32,000 bases of DNA. Source: Candidatus Thorarchaeota archaeon. GTDB taxonomy: Archaea > Asgardarchaeota > Heimdallarchaeia > Hodarchaeales > Hodarchaeaceae. Positions 8,510 to 17,122 of the stretch are shown here, piece after piece. Numbering within the stretch: position 1 is the stretch's first letter; each line of letters starts with the position of its first letter. The translations under genes were made by a program, and so were the position numbers. The notes below the pieces were generated by a model, which was not told where the DNA came from, did no database searches, and saw nothing but the letters and a program-made list of their open reading frames with translations. Location: NCBI GenBank assembly GCA_048882505.1, contig JBHLRO010000004.1, positions 200,193 through 232,192 of the forward strand. Reading direction: 5' to 3'.

Positions 8510-10408
8510 TCAATCAGTCTTAAGGTTATTTTCTTTTAAAGGCGGAAAAAACAATTCTTCAGTAAAATATTTCTGAAAATTGGTGATCGTAGAAAGTTCC
8601 ATTCTTTGTACCTTTCTTGAAATTATCTCTGAAGCCTCTCGTGCTTCAAGAGAAAGTAAAAATGTTCTTCCTCCTCGTTCTGCTGTATTTCCATAAGCTT
8701 TGAATCTTGTTGGCGGAAGATTTGGTAGAAGCCCAATGATTCTGGCGTTCTCTATATTTAGTTTGGATCCAAATACACCAGCGATCGATACTGTGTCAAT
8801 ATCTGCTATATTTATATCTATCTCGTTTGTTAAAGCCCGAATTGCCGCAAGCGTGGCTGCTTTCGCCTTCTGAACCTCTACGATATCTTCCCGCGTAAGG
8901 GCGATGGTTTTGTGACCTAGACTATCTGCCGATCTTTGAGGTACAATGATTAGCTCCTTTTTTACCGTTCCTTCTCGTGAAAGAAGGCGCCCTCGTCGAT
9001 CAAGTTGACCATGAATTCGTAGTGAGGCAAGGATATCAATAATTCCTGATCCACAAATTCCTCTTGGAGGCGCAGAACCAATCGTAAGATAATGAAAAGA
9101 GTCATTTGTTATCCAAAAAGTCTCAATGGCCCCAGTGATTCCTCGCATCCCGCAGGAAATATGTTGTCCCTCGAAGGCCCCCCCAGCGGCAACAGATGCT
9201 GCGTAAATGGCCCCATTTCTTACTAAAATTATCTCTGAATTAGTACCAAAGTCGATTAACAAGTGAGTGCCCATGCGGCCAGGAAGATCAGAATATAATA
9301 TATCCACGACCGCATCCGAACCAATAAACCCTCCAATAAGGGGAGGCAATGATATGGTTGAAGTGGAGGGTAATCCCAGTATGTTTTCATCAACTATCTC
9401 ACCAATAGTGTAAGATACTCCTTGAATGATAACAGGGATATACGGGGCACGCGCCAATCCATCGATAGCCAAACGTAAGAATAAATGATGCATAACTGAA
9501 TTACCTACAACCACCAATTCGACGATGGAAGACATAACTTGCCTCCCTAAGTTGCTGTCTCGAAGCATGCTGCCGATCAGGTTGTGGATCTCATGAAATA
9601 CTGCTTCCTGTAATTCTCGTCTATTGGAGGATGAGCTAAGTGCATAAGATAGTCGTGACATGATATCGCGACCGTGCTCAATCTGGGGATTGAGAGCAGA
9701 ATTCGCACCAATAATACGACCTGATTCTAGATCGATTAACGTGGTCACGATTGACGTTGTTCCAATATCAACAACCACTCCAAGCAATCGATCATTGATA
9801 GCTCTGTCAAGAGGATTAATCCTCGTTATTGTTTGATTCTCCTTATCCAGGACGACCCGGATTTCTTTCTGTGCTTTCCGGGGTTGATCATAAAATGCAT
9901 CCAAAGCTGATTTTTTAATACCCAATCTCGTTAGTTTAGGAAATCGATTCAGAAGCGTTTGTTTTAAACGTGTGAAGTCATCTAAAGGTGTTTCGAGCGT
10001 GGCGGGCATCAATTTGATGGTTACCGTTTCGAAACGAGGATTGTGGGGATATAGAAGTCTAAAATTTTGATAAGAATCTTGAATCTTGAAGTCGCTTACC
10101 TGAAGCTCTTGAAAATCAATGGGAATCACTTTTAGATTCTTGATGGGAATGAACTGACACGCTAGACGAATATCCTCATCGACCATTGCACCAAGGAGCT
10201 GTTTTTCTGTCAAATTAGGGTTCATTACATTTGAATGATCTTTTGTGACGATCTTAACCCTACATCTTCCACATCTTCCAGTTCCACCGCACAATGAAAT
10301 AAATTTTTTCTTGCCTGTTCTTCCCTTTAGGAGATCTAATAATGTTAAAGATTCGCTTGAGGATTCAATGAAATCCTTATAACCTTCAATTTCGATCGTG
10401 ACGATTAT
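8510..10408 (-). CDS. RACo/ASKHA-domain (DUF4445) reductive activator of corrinoid proteins with N-terminal [2Fe-2S] ferredoxin
   Basis: CGGTGRCGRC...RLACQ cluster motif, VDIGTTSI, DFGTNSEI, AAGGAFEG, GICGSG, IAGVFGS, GNTAERG. The track starts at TTG 10294, immediately before the first Cys; the frame is open upstream and the ferredoxin N-terminus begins near 10408 (see findings). Confidence 0.9.
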   Translation of the reverse strand: MIVTIEIEGYKDFIESSSESLTLLDLLKGRTGKKKFISLCGGTGRCGRCRVKIVTKDHSNVMNPNLTEKQLLGAMVDEDIRLACQFIPIKNLKVIPIDFQELQVSDFKIQDSYQNFRLLYPHNPRFETVTIKLMPATLETPLDDFTRLKQTLLNRFPKLTRLGIKKSALDAFYDQPRKAQKEIRVVLDKENQTITRINPLDRAINDRLLGVVVDIGTTSIVTTLIDLESGRIIGANSALNPQIEHGRDIMSRLSYALSSSSNRRELQEAVFHEIHNLIGSMLRDSNLGRQVMSSIVELVVVGNSVMHHLFLRLAIDGLARAPYIPVIIQGVSYTIGEIVDENILGLPSTSTISLPPLIGGFIGSDAVVDILYSDLPGRMGTHLLIDFGTNSEIILVRNGAIYAASVAAGGAFEGQHISCGMRGITGAIETFWITNDSFHYLTIGSAPPRGICGSGIIDILASLRIHGQLDRRGRLLSREGTVKKELIIVPQRSADSLGHKTIALTREDIVEVQKAKAATLAAIRALTNEIDINIADIDTVSIAGVFGSKLNIENARIIGLLPNLPPTRFKAYGNTAERGGRTFLLSLEAREASEIISRKVQRMELSTITNFQKYFTEELFFPPLKENNLKTD

Positions 10409-10599
10409 AAAAACCTCTGGATAAAGCCAATCGTTTACTGGGTCTAAATTCGCTTGTGTACCACCGAATTTCCTATCTTGTCCTATTGAACTCGGTGGTT
10501 ATAAATGGTTCAAATAATCAGGAAGATAATATTCCAATCGTAAACTCCAGTCTGACAAATCATTAGAATGAATTCTTTAGATCAGTTTTAAAACAAGGC

Positions 10600-11634
10600 G
10601 TGAATCAAGCAAGGCGACTGGCAATCAAGAGCAGAATGGATAGGTTCCGTAAGAATCGGCCTCTATTAGTGGAATGGTTGAAATTGGAAGAAACTTCAGA
10701 GAAACGAATCCCCATAGCCATTGTCGGCCTCGAAAACGCGGGAAAGACAACTCTGACGAAACGACTCCAAACAGGACGTTTCGAACCAACCTATACAGTT
10801 ACTAGGGGATTAGATGTTGAAACAGCTGATATTCATGGTAAACTCTTTCAACTTTTTGACCTGGGAGGCCATCTTAAGTTTCGTGAGTTATTTTGGAAGA
10901 ACTACATCCAGTTATCTCAAGGTATAATATTCGTAATCGATGTGAACGATCAGACCAAACTTAACGAAGCCACAAATTGGTTATGGAAATGCCTTAAGTG
11001 GAATACCGGGGTTCCTCTACTTATCTTGGCAAATAAATCGGATTTACCCCATATCGAATTAGATGAACTCATAGACCTTATCGGGCTTGCAAATCTTCCT
11101 AAACAAAATCCAACCAGATCTTTTCGTCTTTTTGAAGTTTCTAACAAAAGCGGCAGGAATTTAACCGATGCCTTTGATTGGTTTTCTCAAAAGATCATTC
11201 AAGATGTTTCACAGAAGAAGATAAAACTGGTTGGAATATATCTTTATCTTCCCACGGGTATTCCAATTGCATCCCATCGATTTACGAGAAACAATATTGG
11301 TGAGCTAAGCGAGGATGTTGTTCCTGGATTCTTATACGCCCTAGATCAATTTGCAAGTGGGGTGATTGGTCCAAACGAAGGACTTAACTCTGTTACTACT
11401 GAAAGTGGCCGTATTCTCATGGCAAAGCGTGAAGGTGTTATGTGCGCCATAGTAACAGATAAGGAATCCGATCCAGTGACTTCCAGAGTGATCGCGGAAT
11501 CTTTTCTAACCTATATTGAGTCATCGTTTTCAAAAGATTTAGTTATGTTGAAGGAGGAGGGGAAGTCCCTATTCCCGAAAGATTTTATCGTAGACTTTCT
11601 CAAGCAAGAATTCGCTCAGAATCTTATTCAATGA
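10600..11634 (+). CDS. Arf/Sar1-like small GTPase fused to a C-terminal longin-like domain
   Basis: G1 GLENAGKTT, G2 TVTRG, G3 DLGGH, G4 NKSD, G5 VSNKSG. The C-terminal ~130 aa (LVGIYLYLPTGIPIASHRF...VVPGFLYALDQFASGV...) has the longin beta-beta-alpha-beta-beta-beta-alpha pattern. Confidence 0.88.
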   Translation: MNQARRLAIKSRMDRFRKNRPLLVEWLKLEETSEKRIPIAIVGLENAGKTTLTKRLQTGRFEPTYTVTRGLDVETADIHGKLFQLFDLGGHLKFRELFWKNYIQLSQGIIFVIDVNDQTKLNEATNWLWKCLKWNTGVPLLILANKSDLPHIELDELIDLIGLANLPKQNPTRSFRLFEVSNKSGRNLTDAFDWFSQKIIQDVSQKKIKLVGIYLYLPTGIPIASHRFTRNNIGELSEDVVPGFLYALDQFASGVIGPNEGLNSVTTESGRILMAKREGVMCAIVTDKESDPVTSRVIAESFLTYIESSFSKDLVMLKEEGKSLFPKDFIVDFLKQEFAQNLIQ

Positions 11635-11758
11635 TAATCATTCAAATTATTTGGTTTTAATTCAGTGGCAGTCCGATCTTGTAAATCGGTATTTGAAACA
11701 ATCCTTTGTGATTGAATTTCGCTCCATGTTCTTCTCAGAATAGGAAAGACAAAAGAAA

Positions 11759-12052
11759 ATGCCCAAAAAAGGTCAACTAGAGGAATGGTTTTCCCGTATC
11801 CTATATGGCAATGAGGACCAAGGACGGTACTCAATTGTTTTCAGGGATTTCAGTGATTTCATTGAACTTTCCTTTCATGAATTCCTAATAAGAAAGCGAG
11901 AAGATTCCATTCCGTTGCATCGTGTATCGCAAATCCGTAAAGACGGAATTCCAGTGTACACTAGGCCTGATTTTTGTTCATCGTGCGGTTACAGAAAACC
12001 TAGGCACAGTTCTACCTGTTCCTTTGCAGTTGTTGGCGTTAACAGTGAATAA
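11759..12052 (+). CDS. DUF504-family protein with C-terminal C2HC Zn-finger-like tail
   Basis: IPLHRVSQIRKDGIPVYTR resembles the DUF504 signature IP.HRI..I...G..V..R; tail CSSC-x6-H-x3-C. Confidence 0.7.
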   Translation: MPKKGQLEEWFSRILYGNEDQGRYSIVFRDFSDFIELSFHEFLIRKREDSIPLHRVSQIRKDGIPVYTRPDFCSSCGYRKPRHSSTCSFAVVGVNSE

Positions 12053-12078
12053 TATCAATTGCAAGAGAGATCGGAGTT

Positions 12079-12873
12079 TTATCTTAAAAACCCTGGAAAA
12101 GGTATCCTAAGATATTTGTAGCTATTTTTGAGAATTGAATGCTGAACTTTATCCTCGGGGCATTGTTTAAGGGAGGAAATGGTCGCAATTACCTCCGGGA
12201 TAAGCCCAGGATGTCCGATTTTACCTCTGTATTTGACATTTCCGTCAGATTCCGTCAGGATACGATCGAGATGGACAACTTTTGCAACATTTTGATGTTT
12301 TGGAGAATAATCTAAGGCAGGACCACAGGAGAAATAACAGTCAAGATCTGCTAGGCGATTTAGGATTGTGGTAGGCCCCGAGAACCAGTGAATGCAAAAA
12401 AAGTTTCCCGATAAACTACTGGTTTCAATATAATTTGCAACCTCGTTCTCCGCTCCTTTCACATGGAGCATCATCGGGAGCCGCCTACGTTCGGCCAATT
12501 TGAGAAAGTGATTGAATACTTCCTTTTGACTTGCATGCCGCTGTTGCTGGGATATAAAATGGTAATCTAGCCCGATTTCCCCTAGGATACGAATATTTGG
12601 ATTTTCTTTCAGGATGTCCTCACAAAATTCGAGTTCGTTGAGCTTCTTATGCGCTTTCCAAGGATGGATTCCCAGAGTCGGGATTATGTTATCAGGATAT
12701 TTCCTCGCAAGTTCTAGAGATCTTTTGGTATCTTTATAATCCTGACTTATGGAGACTATCAGTTGGATTCCCATAAGTCTGTATTTCTCCAATAGGGCAT
12801 CGATCCGTCGGTAAAAGTAATTCAAGGGAAGATGACAGTGGATATCGATGTATTTTTGGTTCTGCATAATCAT
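12079..12873 (-). CDS. tatD: TatD-family metal-dependent hydrolase/DNase
   Basis: DIHCH, GIHPW, GEIGLDY, LHVK, IHWFSG, TESDG. Confidence 0.92.
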   Translation of the reverse strand: MIMQNQKYIDIHCHLPLNYFYRRIDALLEKYRLMGIQLIVSISQDYKDTKRSLELARKYPDNIIPTLGIHPWKAHKKLNELEFCEDILKENPNIRILGEIGLDYHFISQQQRHASQKEVFNHFLKLAERRRLPMMLHVKGAENEVANYIETSSLSGNFFCIHWFSGPTTILNRLADLDCYFSCGPALDYSPKHQNVAKVVHLDRILTESDGNVKYRGKIGHPGLIPEVIATISSLKQCPEDKVQHSILKNSYKYLRIPFPGFLR

Positions 12874-13323
12874 ATGGCTCCTATTCCCGTAAAACGCCCT
12901 GAAATCGCGATTATGGTATTAAAGATTGCTCAGCTGCATGAAGTCCACCCAACATCAAACGAATATCTTTTTTGGTTAATGTCATTGAAAAGCTATGGGA
13001 TATGTCCTTAATGTTAAGAAAAAAAAGACTGGCATATAAAGTTGGAAGAGCCCTTGAGGAAACTACTCCCTTTTCCCAAGATGAAAACAGGACACGTTTA
13101 AAATTGGGATGAGATTTCCTTATACAGTGTCATGAACCGACATTTTAATCCATATTTCTGTTACCCTTTGGATTGCCAAGTTCCTCTTCATAGATCTGGA
13201 AAGATAAATCCGATTTCTCGGTGTTGATAAACTGTTTCCTTCCCAAGTGGGCAAAAATATTAACCTATAAGGTGGAACGTACCGCATCCTTCCAAAATCA
13301 GTCTGAACGACGCATAGTGGCAA

Positions 13324-13707
13324 TTGGAGGTGTCGTTTATAGCATTTATCTTGGTGTACACTCGTACAACCCAATTACGTAGAAAGTGGAGTCGATTTTA
13401 TACGCAATATCCTGAGCTTTTTGTTGAAAAGATCAGTGAGGGCGTATTTACAATGCGTAATTGTGGAAAAACCTTAGCTTTGATATTAACTGAGTGGAGA
13501 AAGGAAAGGGGTAACATTGAAATCTCTGTATTAGAACCTGTACGACTAGATGACTTGGAGAATGATTCAGACTTGACAAAAGTGGCATTCCATGTCGAAA
13601 AGGAAGGTCTCGATGTAATGGATAGCGCGATTGATGATCCAGAATTTTTCAATACACTTGACCAGCTAGAGAAGAAGCGATTCTCGGTTATGTTAAACCT
13701 GCGTTAA
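13324..13707 (+). CDS. Hypothetical protein, first gene of the SMC-like unit
   Basis: ORF ending 12 nt before the next gene, acidic C-terminal half. Start uncertain: TTG at 13324 or ATG at 13453 (84 aa). Confidence 0.65.
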   Translation: MEVSFIAFILVYTRTTQLRRKWSRFYTQYPELFVEKISEGVFTMRNCGKTLALILTEWRKERGNIEISVLEPVRLDDLENDSDLTKVAFHVEKEGLDVMDSAIDDPEFFNTLDQLEKKRFSVMLNLR

Positions 13708-13719
13708 AGAGGCACAAAC

Positions 13720-13908
13720 ATGCCAAAAGGAAAAGAAGAGATCAAAAGGTTGTCAGAGAAAAAGAAGAAGCTTCTTAGCCAAGTAGAGGAACAGCTAGTT
13801 CTTCATTTGAAAGAACTGGGTTCGCTGCCCGCAACTTCCTTAAAAAATTCTGATCCCCTCTTTAAAAAGCTTCAGTCCTATGCTTTGAAATGGCGCGATG
13901 AGAAATAA
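13720..13908 (+). CDS. Small basic helical protein, translationally coupled to the SMC-like gene
   Basis: 62 aa with ATG start; stop TAA (13906-13908) overlaps the SMC ATG (TAATG). Confidence 0.75.
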   Translation: MPKGKEEIKRLSEKKKKLLSQVEEQLVLHLKELGSLPATSLKNSDPLFKKLQSYALKWRDEK

Positions 13909-15737
13909 TGACACTAACTATTACATTACAAAATATTGGCGGCATTGACGAACTTACCCTTAATTTTAGACAAGGTAAGAATTTGATTACTGCACCCAAT
14001 GCTATTGGGAAATCATCATTTGTTCGTGGAATCGAACTTCTTAATATGCCTGGTAGTAAAATATCAAAGAGAAGATATTATTTCAATCTATTCACAAAAT
14101 CAAGTTCAGTCAAGCTAGATATGGAAGGTTATGGGAAAGCAGAGAGACACTTTAATATTGACGGTAAAAAAATCACGGTGGTAGGAGATACCTTCCATCC
14201 CGAGAACCAGAAAGTGAATCTATTTAGCTTGGCAACTCCAGATAACAAGCTTATAACTTCCATTACCACAGGAAGGAATTTAGAAGAACTCCTTACCCAA
14301 TACTCAGATGTAAAATACTATTCTTATCTCATATCAGTCATAAAGAATCGTCTTTCAAATCTAAAGAAAGATCTCCGAATTTATTTAGTTTATGAGTCAG
14401 ATGTTGAGAATCTAAGAAAAGAACGATCGAATCTAGAGCGAGAGCTTAGTAACGCGGAAAAAGATCGAAAATCTCTCCCCAAAATAAACCTTGAGGAAAT
14501 TAAATCCCTTAAGGATTCGGAGGCACGATTCCAAGAGCTTACAAAAGAGGTAGCCAACCTAAAAAATATGATCGAGGCGGCTCACGATATAATTAAACTC
14601 GACAAGGCGAGAATACGCGATCAACAAAAACTCTCGGATCGGATGGAGGAGGAAATCAAGAATTTTATGAATGATCATCCTCGGGTGGAGCAGGAAATAA
14701 GCCATCTGGTAACCCGTACCAAAGAAACACGGAAGTTCCTGCAAGAAGTCAAACAAGAGAAGCGAGAAACAGAGAAGGCAATTAAAGAGGTAAGGAATTG
14801 GATTTCTCTGAGTCGTTCAATGGATTTGTCTAAATGTATAATCTGTGGACGTCCTTATAGCGAAAAAAACGCCAAAAATCGAGAAGACAAATTACTGGTC
14901 GAAGATTCGCACCAATCCAAGCGAATGAGGGAATATGAATTTCAAATTGATGATTTAGAGCGTCGAAAAGAAGACCTTGAATTACAGGTTCACAGAATAA
15001 AAAATGACAATCAACTTAGGATAAACAAAGCTCAAAAAGAAATCCGTCGGCTTAACCGTGAGATGCAGGAAAAGGAGGAAGAGATAGATTCCAGTAAAAA
15101 AACGTTGGAAATAAAATCATCAGAATTGAAAATCCTAGAAAAATCGATCGACGACGATTTAAAAACTAAAATCGAATTGATTACTGACCTTGATGCAAAA
15201 ATCCAACGGATTTCGGGAAAAATTGAACAGGTAGAAAAGCAGATTGGTGAAAAATCCGATCGAATGGGCCAGGCGGATCTGGTTCAGGCCGAACATGAAT
15301 TCTACCAGGTATTTCAAGAACATCTTGAATCCAGGGAAAAGATTGTCAAAATGCTGGTTCTTGAAAACTTCAATGCTCAGATTAAATTTGTTTATTCACG
15401 ATTAAAATTCCAAGATTTCGAAGAAATCAAAATTGATAACGAATTTCGCCTTATTGTAAGGCGAAAACGAAGAGGCGCTACAATTGACCAGCCTATCGAA
15501 TCACTCAGCGATTCCGAGCGGATTACGATTGCTCTAATCTGCATGCTTGCAGGACGTGAGGAATACGTGAAGGATTATCCGATTTTCTGCTTGGACAAGG
15601 TTACGTTGGATTACGACCCAAGCCGATTTTCAATGATTCTCGATTACCTTGTTCAACGCGGGGTGCCCTATATTCTGGTTACAGCAGCAAAAAGCATTGA
15701 GGACAGCTCAGGCCAACTAGAAGTGGAATATTTGTAA
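13908..15737 (+). CDS. SMC-like protein of the archaeal Sph/ClsN (ASRP) type with central CxxC zinc hook
   Basis: NIGGID, Walker A APNAIGKSS, two antiparallel coiled-coil arms, CIIC at aa 310-313 of 609, signature LSDSE (aa 533-537), Walker B IFCLDK. Confidence 0.88.
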   Translation: MTLTITLQNIGGIDELTLNFRQGKNLITAPNAIGKSSFVRGIELLNMPGSKISKRRYYFNLFTKSSSVKLDMEGYGKAERHFNIDGKKITVVGDTFHPENQKVNLFSLATPDNKLITSITTGRNLEELLTQYSDVKYYSYLISVIKNRLSNLKKDLRIYLVYESDVENLRKERSNLERELSNAEKDRKSLPKINLEEIKSLKDSEARFQELTKEVANLKNMIEAAHDIIKLDKARIRDQQKLSDRMEEEIKNFMNDHPRVEQEISHLVTRTKETRKFLQEVKQEKRETEKAIKEVRNWISLSRSMDLSKCIICGRPYSEKNAKNREDKLLVEDSHQSKRMREYEFQIDDLERRKEDLELQVHRIKNDNQLRINKAQKEIRRLNREMQEKEEEIDSSKKTLEIKSSELKILEKSIDDDLKTKIELITDLDAKIQRISGKIEQVEKQIGEKSDRMGQADLVQAEHEFYQVFQEHLESREKIVKMLVLENFNAQIKFVYSRLKFQDFEEIKIDNEFRLIVRRKRRGATIDQPIESLSDSERITIALICMLAGREEYVKDYPIFCLDKVTLDYDPSRFSMILDYLVQRGVPYILVTAAKSIEDSSGQLEVEYL

Positions 15738-15767
15738 ACCAGGTCGATTTTTCTGTGATAAGAATCC

Positions 15768-16127
15768 TCAGTCTCTTATTGCAATCGCATCAATCATAAT
15801 AAGGGCATTTTTTGGCAAAGCAGCCACCTGAACCGTTACGCGGGCAGGGGGGTCACTGGGAAAGAATAATGCATATTCCTCATTTACTGAACCAAACAGG
15901 GAGATATCAGTTGGATAGAAGGTTGTTTTGACAATGTCGCTAAGATAGAAGCTTTGAGATTCGAGAACGGCTTCTATTTTTTTGATCGCTTGTCTATTTT
16001 GAGTTCGGATATCAGATTCTATATCGATTGCGATTTGTCCCGATACAAAAACCTGCTTGTTGCCTGTGGCAAGAATCCCAGGAGAGCAGGATCCCAAGGT
16101 AGTCCCGACCGAAATTACTTGTTTCAT
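15768..16127 (-). CDS. RidA/YjgF/UK114 family protein
   Basis: FVSGQI, IVKTTFY, NEEYALFF, PPARVTVQVAALPK. The ATG at 16127 (MKQVIS) gives a family-typical length; the track start at 16208 overlaps the upstream gene. Confidence 0.88.
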   Translation of the reverse strand: MKQVISVGTTLGSCSPGILATGNKQVFVSGQIAIDIESDIRTQNRQAIKKIEAVLESQSFYLSDIVKTTFYPTDISLFGSVNEEYALFFPSDPPARVTVQVAALPKNALIMIDAIAIRD

Positions 16128-16188
16128 ATAATCTATCACCCCTCTAGTGCTAGAATGGATAAATTTGGTGTTATTAACACTAGTTTCG

Positions 16189-16617
16189 TTAGCTATCAGG
16201 TAGGTCAAGCAGATTTAATCCAGTTTTAGGATCATGCGTCCGCGTTGGTGGCGGAAGAGCCTGTAAAATATTAACTTCACAGGTTACAGATACAATACAT
16301 CCTGGAAAGATATGACCGCCAATACTTGAACCATCCTTTTTCCCAAATACTCCATGAAGATGTATAATGGGTTGTTTCCCTTTTGCAATGTTACCGGAAA
16401 GCGCCAGAATTTCTAGATTCTCATCGAATGCCATCTCGAGATACTTCTGTCCATCAAAAAAACCAATATTGGCTTTTGAGACAGCTCCCATTCCATGAAT
16501 TATCCCTCCTTCTATCCTATAACGTTCACAGAATTCTTCGATCTTTTTGAAGATGTCATCTCCCCGGTATAAACGAAGGAGGTAGTTCTTCACGATATTT
16601 TGATGCTGATGTCTCAT
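16189..16617 (-). CDS. PPC/DUF296 domain protein
   Basis: LRLYRGDDI, GMGAV, EILALSGNI, IHLHGVFG, GGHI, TCEV. Confidence 0.9.
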   Translation of the reverse strand: MRHQHQNIVKNYLLRLYRGDDIFKKIEEFCERYRIEGGIIHGMGAVSKANIGFFDGQKYLEMAFDENLEILALSGNIAKGKQPIIHLHGVFGKKDGSSIGGHIFPGCIVSVTCEVNILQALPPPTRTHDPKTGLNLLDLPDS

Positions 16618-16690
16618 ATGAGCACCAGTAAATTCGAGGTTAATGGTTTTTTGCCCAAAGCCTGATGGGCCGTAAATTTGAGAACTTTCG

Positions 16691-17122
16691 TTGTCTCGTC
16701 ATTTTCACTCCTCTCTCTACATCTTTAACGGAATATTATTAACTAATAACATCCCGAAAATTCAATTGAGTGCTAAGACCTTGAATAATTCCAATCAGGA
16801 TGAGAACCTTCGTTTCTCACATAAAAGTTCGAATCCCGCGCTTGAAGAAGCACTTGAAATTCTCGATACATTGAAATACGATTTATCCCTTAGCGAAAGA
16901 ACCATTTCCGATACCAAAACTGGCATTTATTATTACTACGAGGAGAACCCCGAATCAAGGCTACATGCACGTACACTTGTGGGGATACTCAGTTATATGG
17001 TTTCTCAAAGAAATAACGAGCACTTGTCAATAACCACTATAGCAAAAGCTCTCGATGTAAACCCTAGCTGGTTATCACGGAACAAAAAACGAATACTATC
17101 GGTTCTACAGAGAATACGATAG
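16691..17122 (+). CDS. Single cyclin-fold (TFB/TFIIB-repeat-like) protein
   Basis: Helical pattern LDTLKYDLSLSERTI...ARTLVGILSYMVSQRNNEHLSITTIAKALDVNPSWLSRNKKRI resembles one TFB core repeat; no Zn ribbon and no second repeat. Start uncertain. Confidence 0.6.
   Translation: MSRHFHSSLYIFNGILLTNNIPKIQLSAKTLNNSNQDENLRFSHKSSNPALEEALEILDTLKYDLSLSERTISDTKTGIYYYYEENPESRLHARTLVGILSYMVSQRNNEHLSITTIAKALDVNPSWLSRNKKRILSVLQRIR

Noticed and set aside
10440-10560. Possible cobalamin riboswitch upstream of the RACo gene; inverted repeat ACCACCGA...TCGGTGGT at 10460-10499
   Set aside because: The hairpin is real, but the conserved GGGAA, GCxACTG and AGCCAG elements of cobalamin riboswitches could not be found.
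13120-13374. 84-aa minus-strand ORF in the tatD/SMC intergenic region
   Set aside because: It has no motifs, overlaps the start region of the 13324 gene, and has an atypical composition.
13908-15737. Calling the SMC-like gene rad50, or part of a Wadjet/Lamassu defence system
   Set aside because: No mre11, JetD/Toprim or effector nuclease gene is adjacent, the arms are short, and the head motifs are of the Sph/ClsN type.
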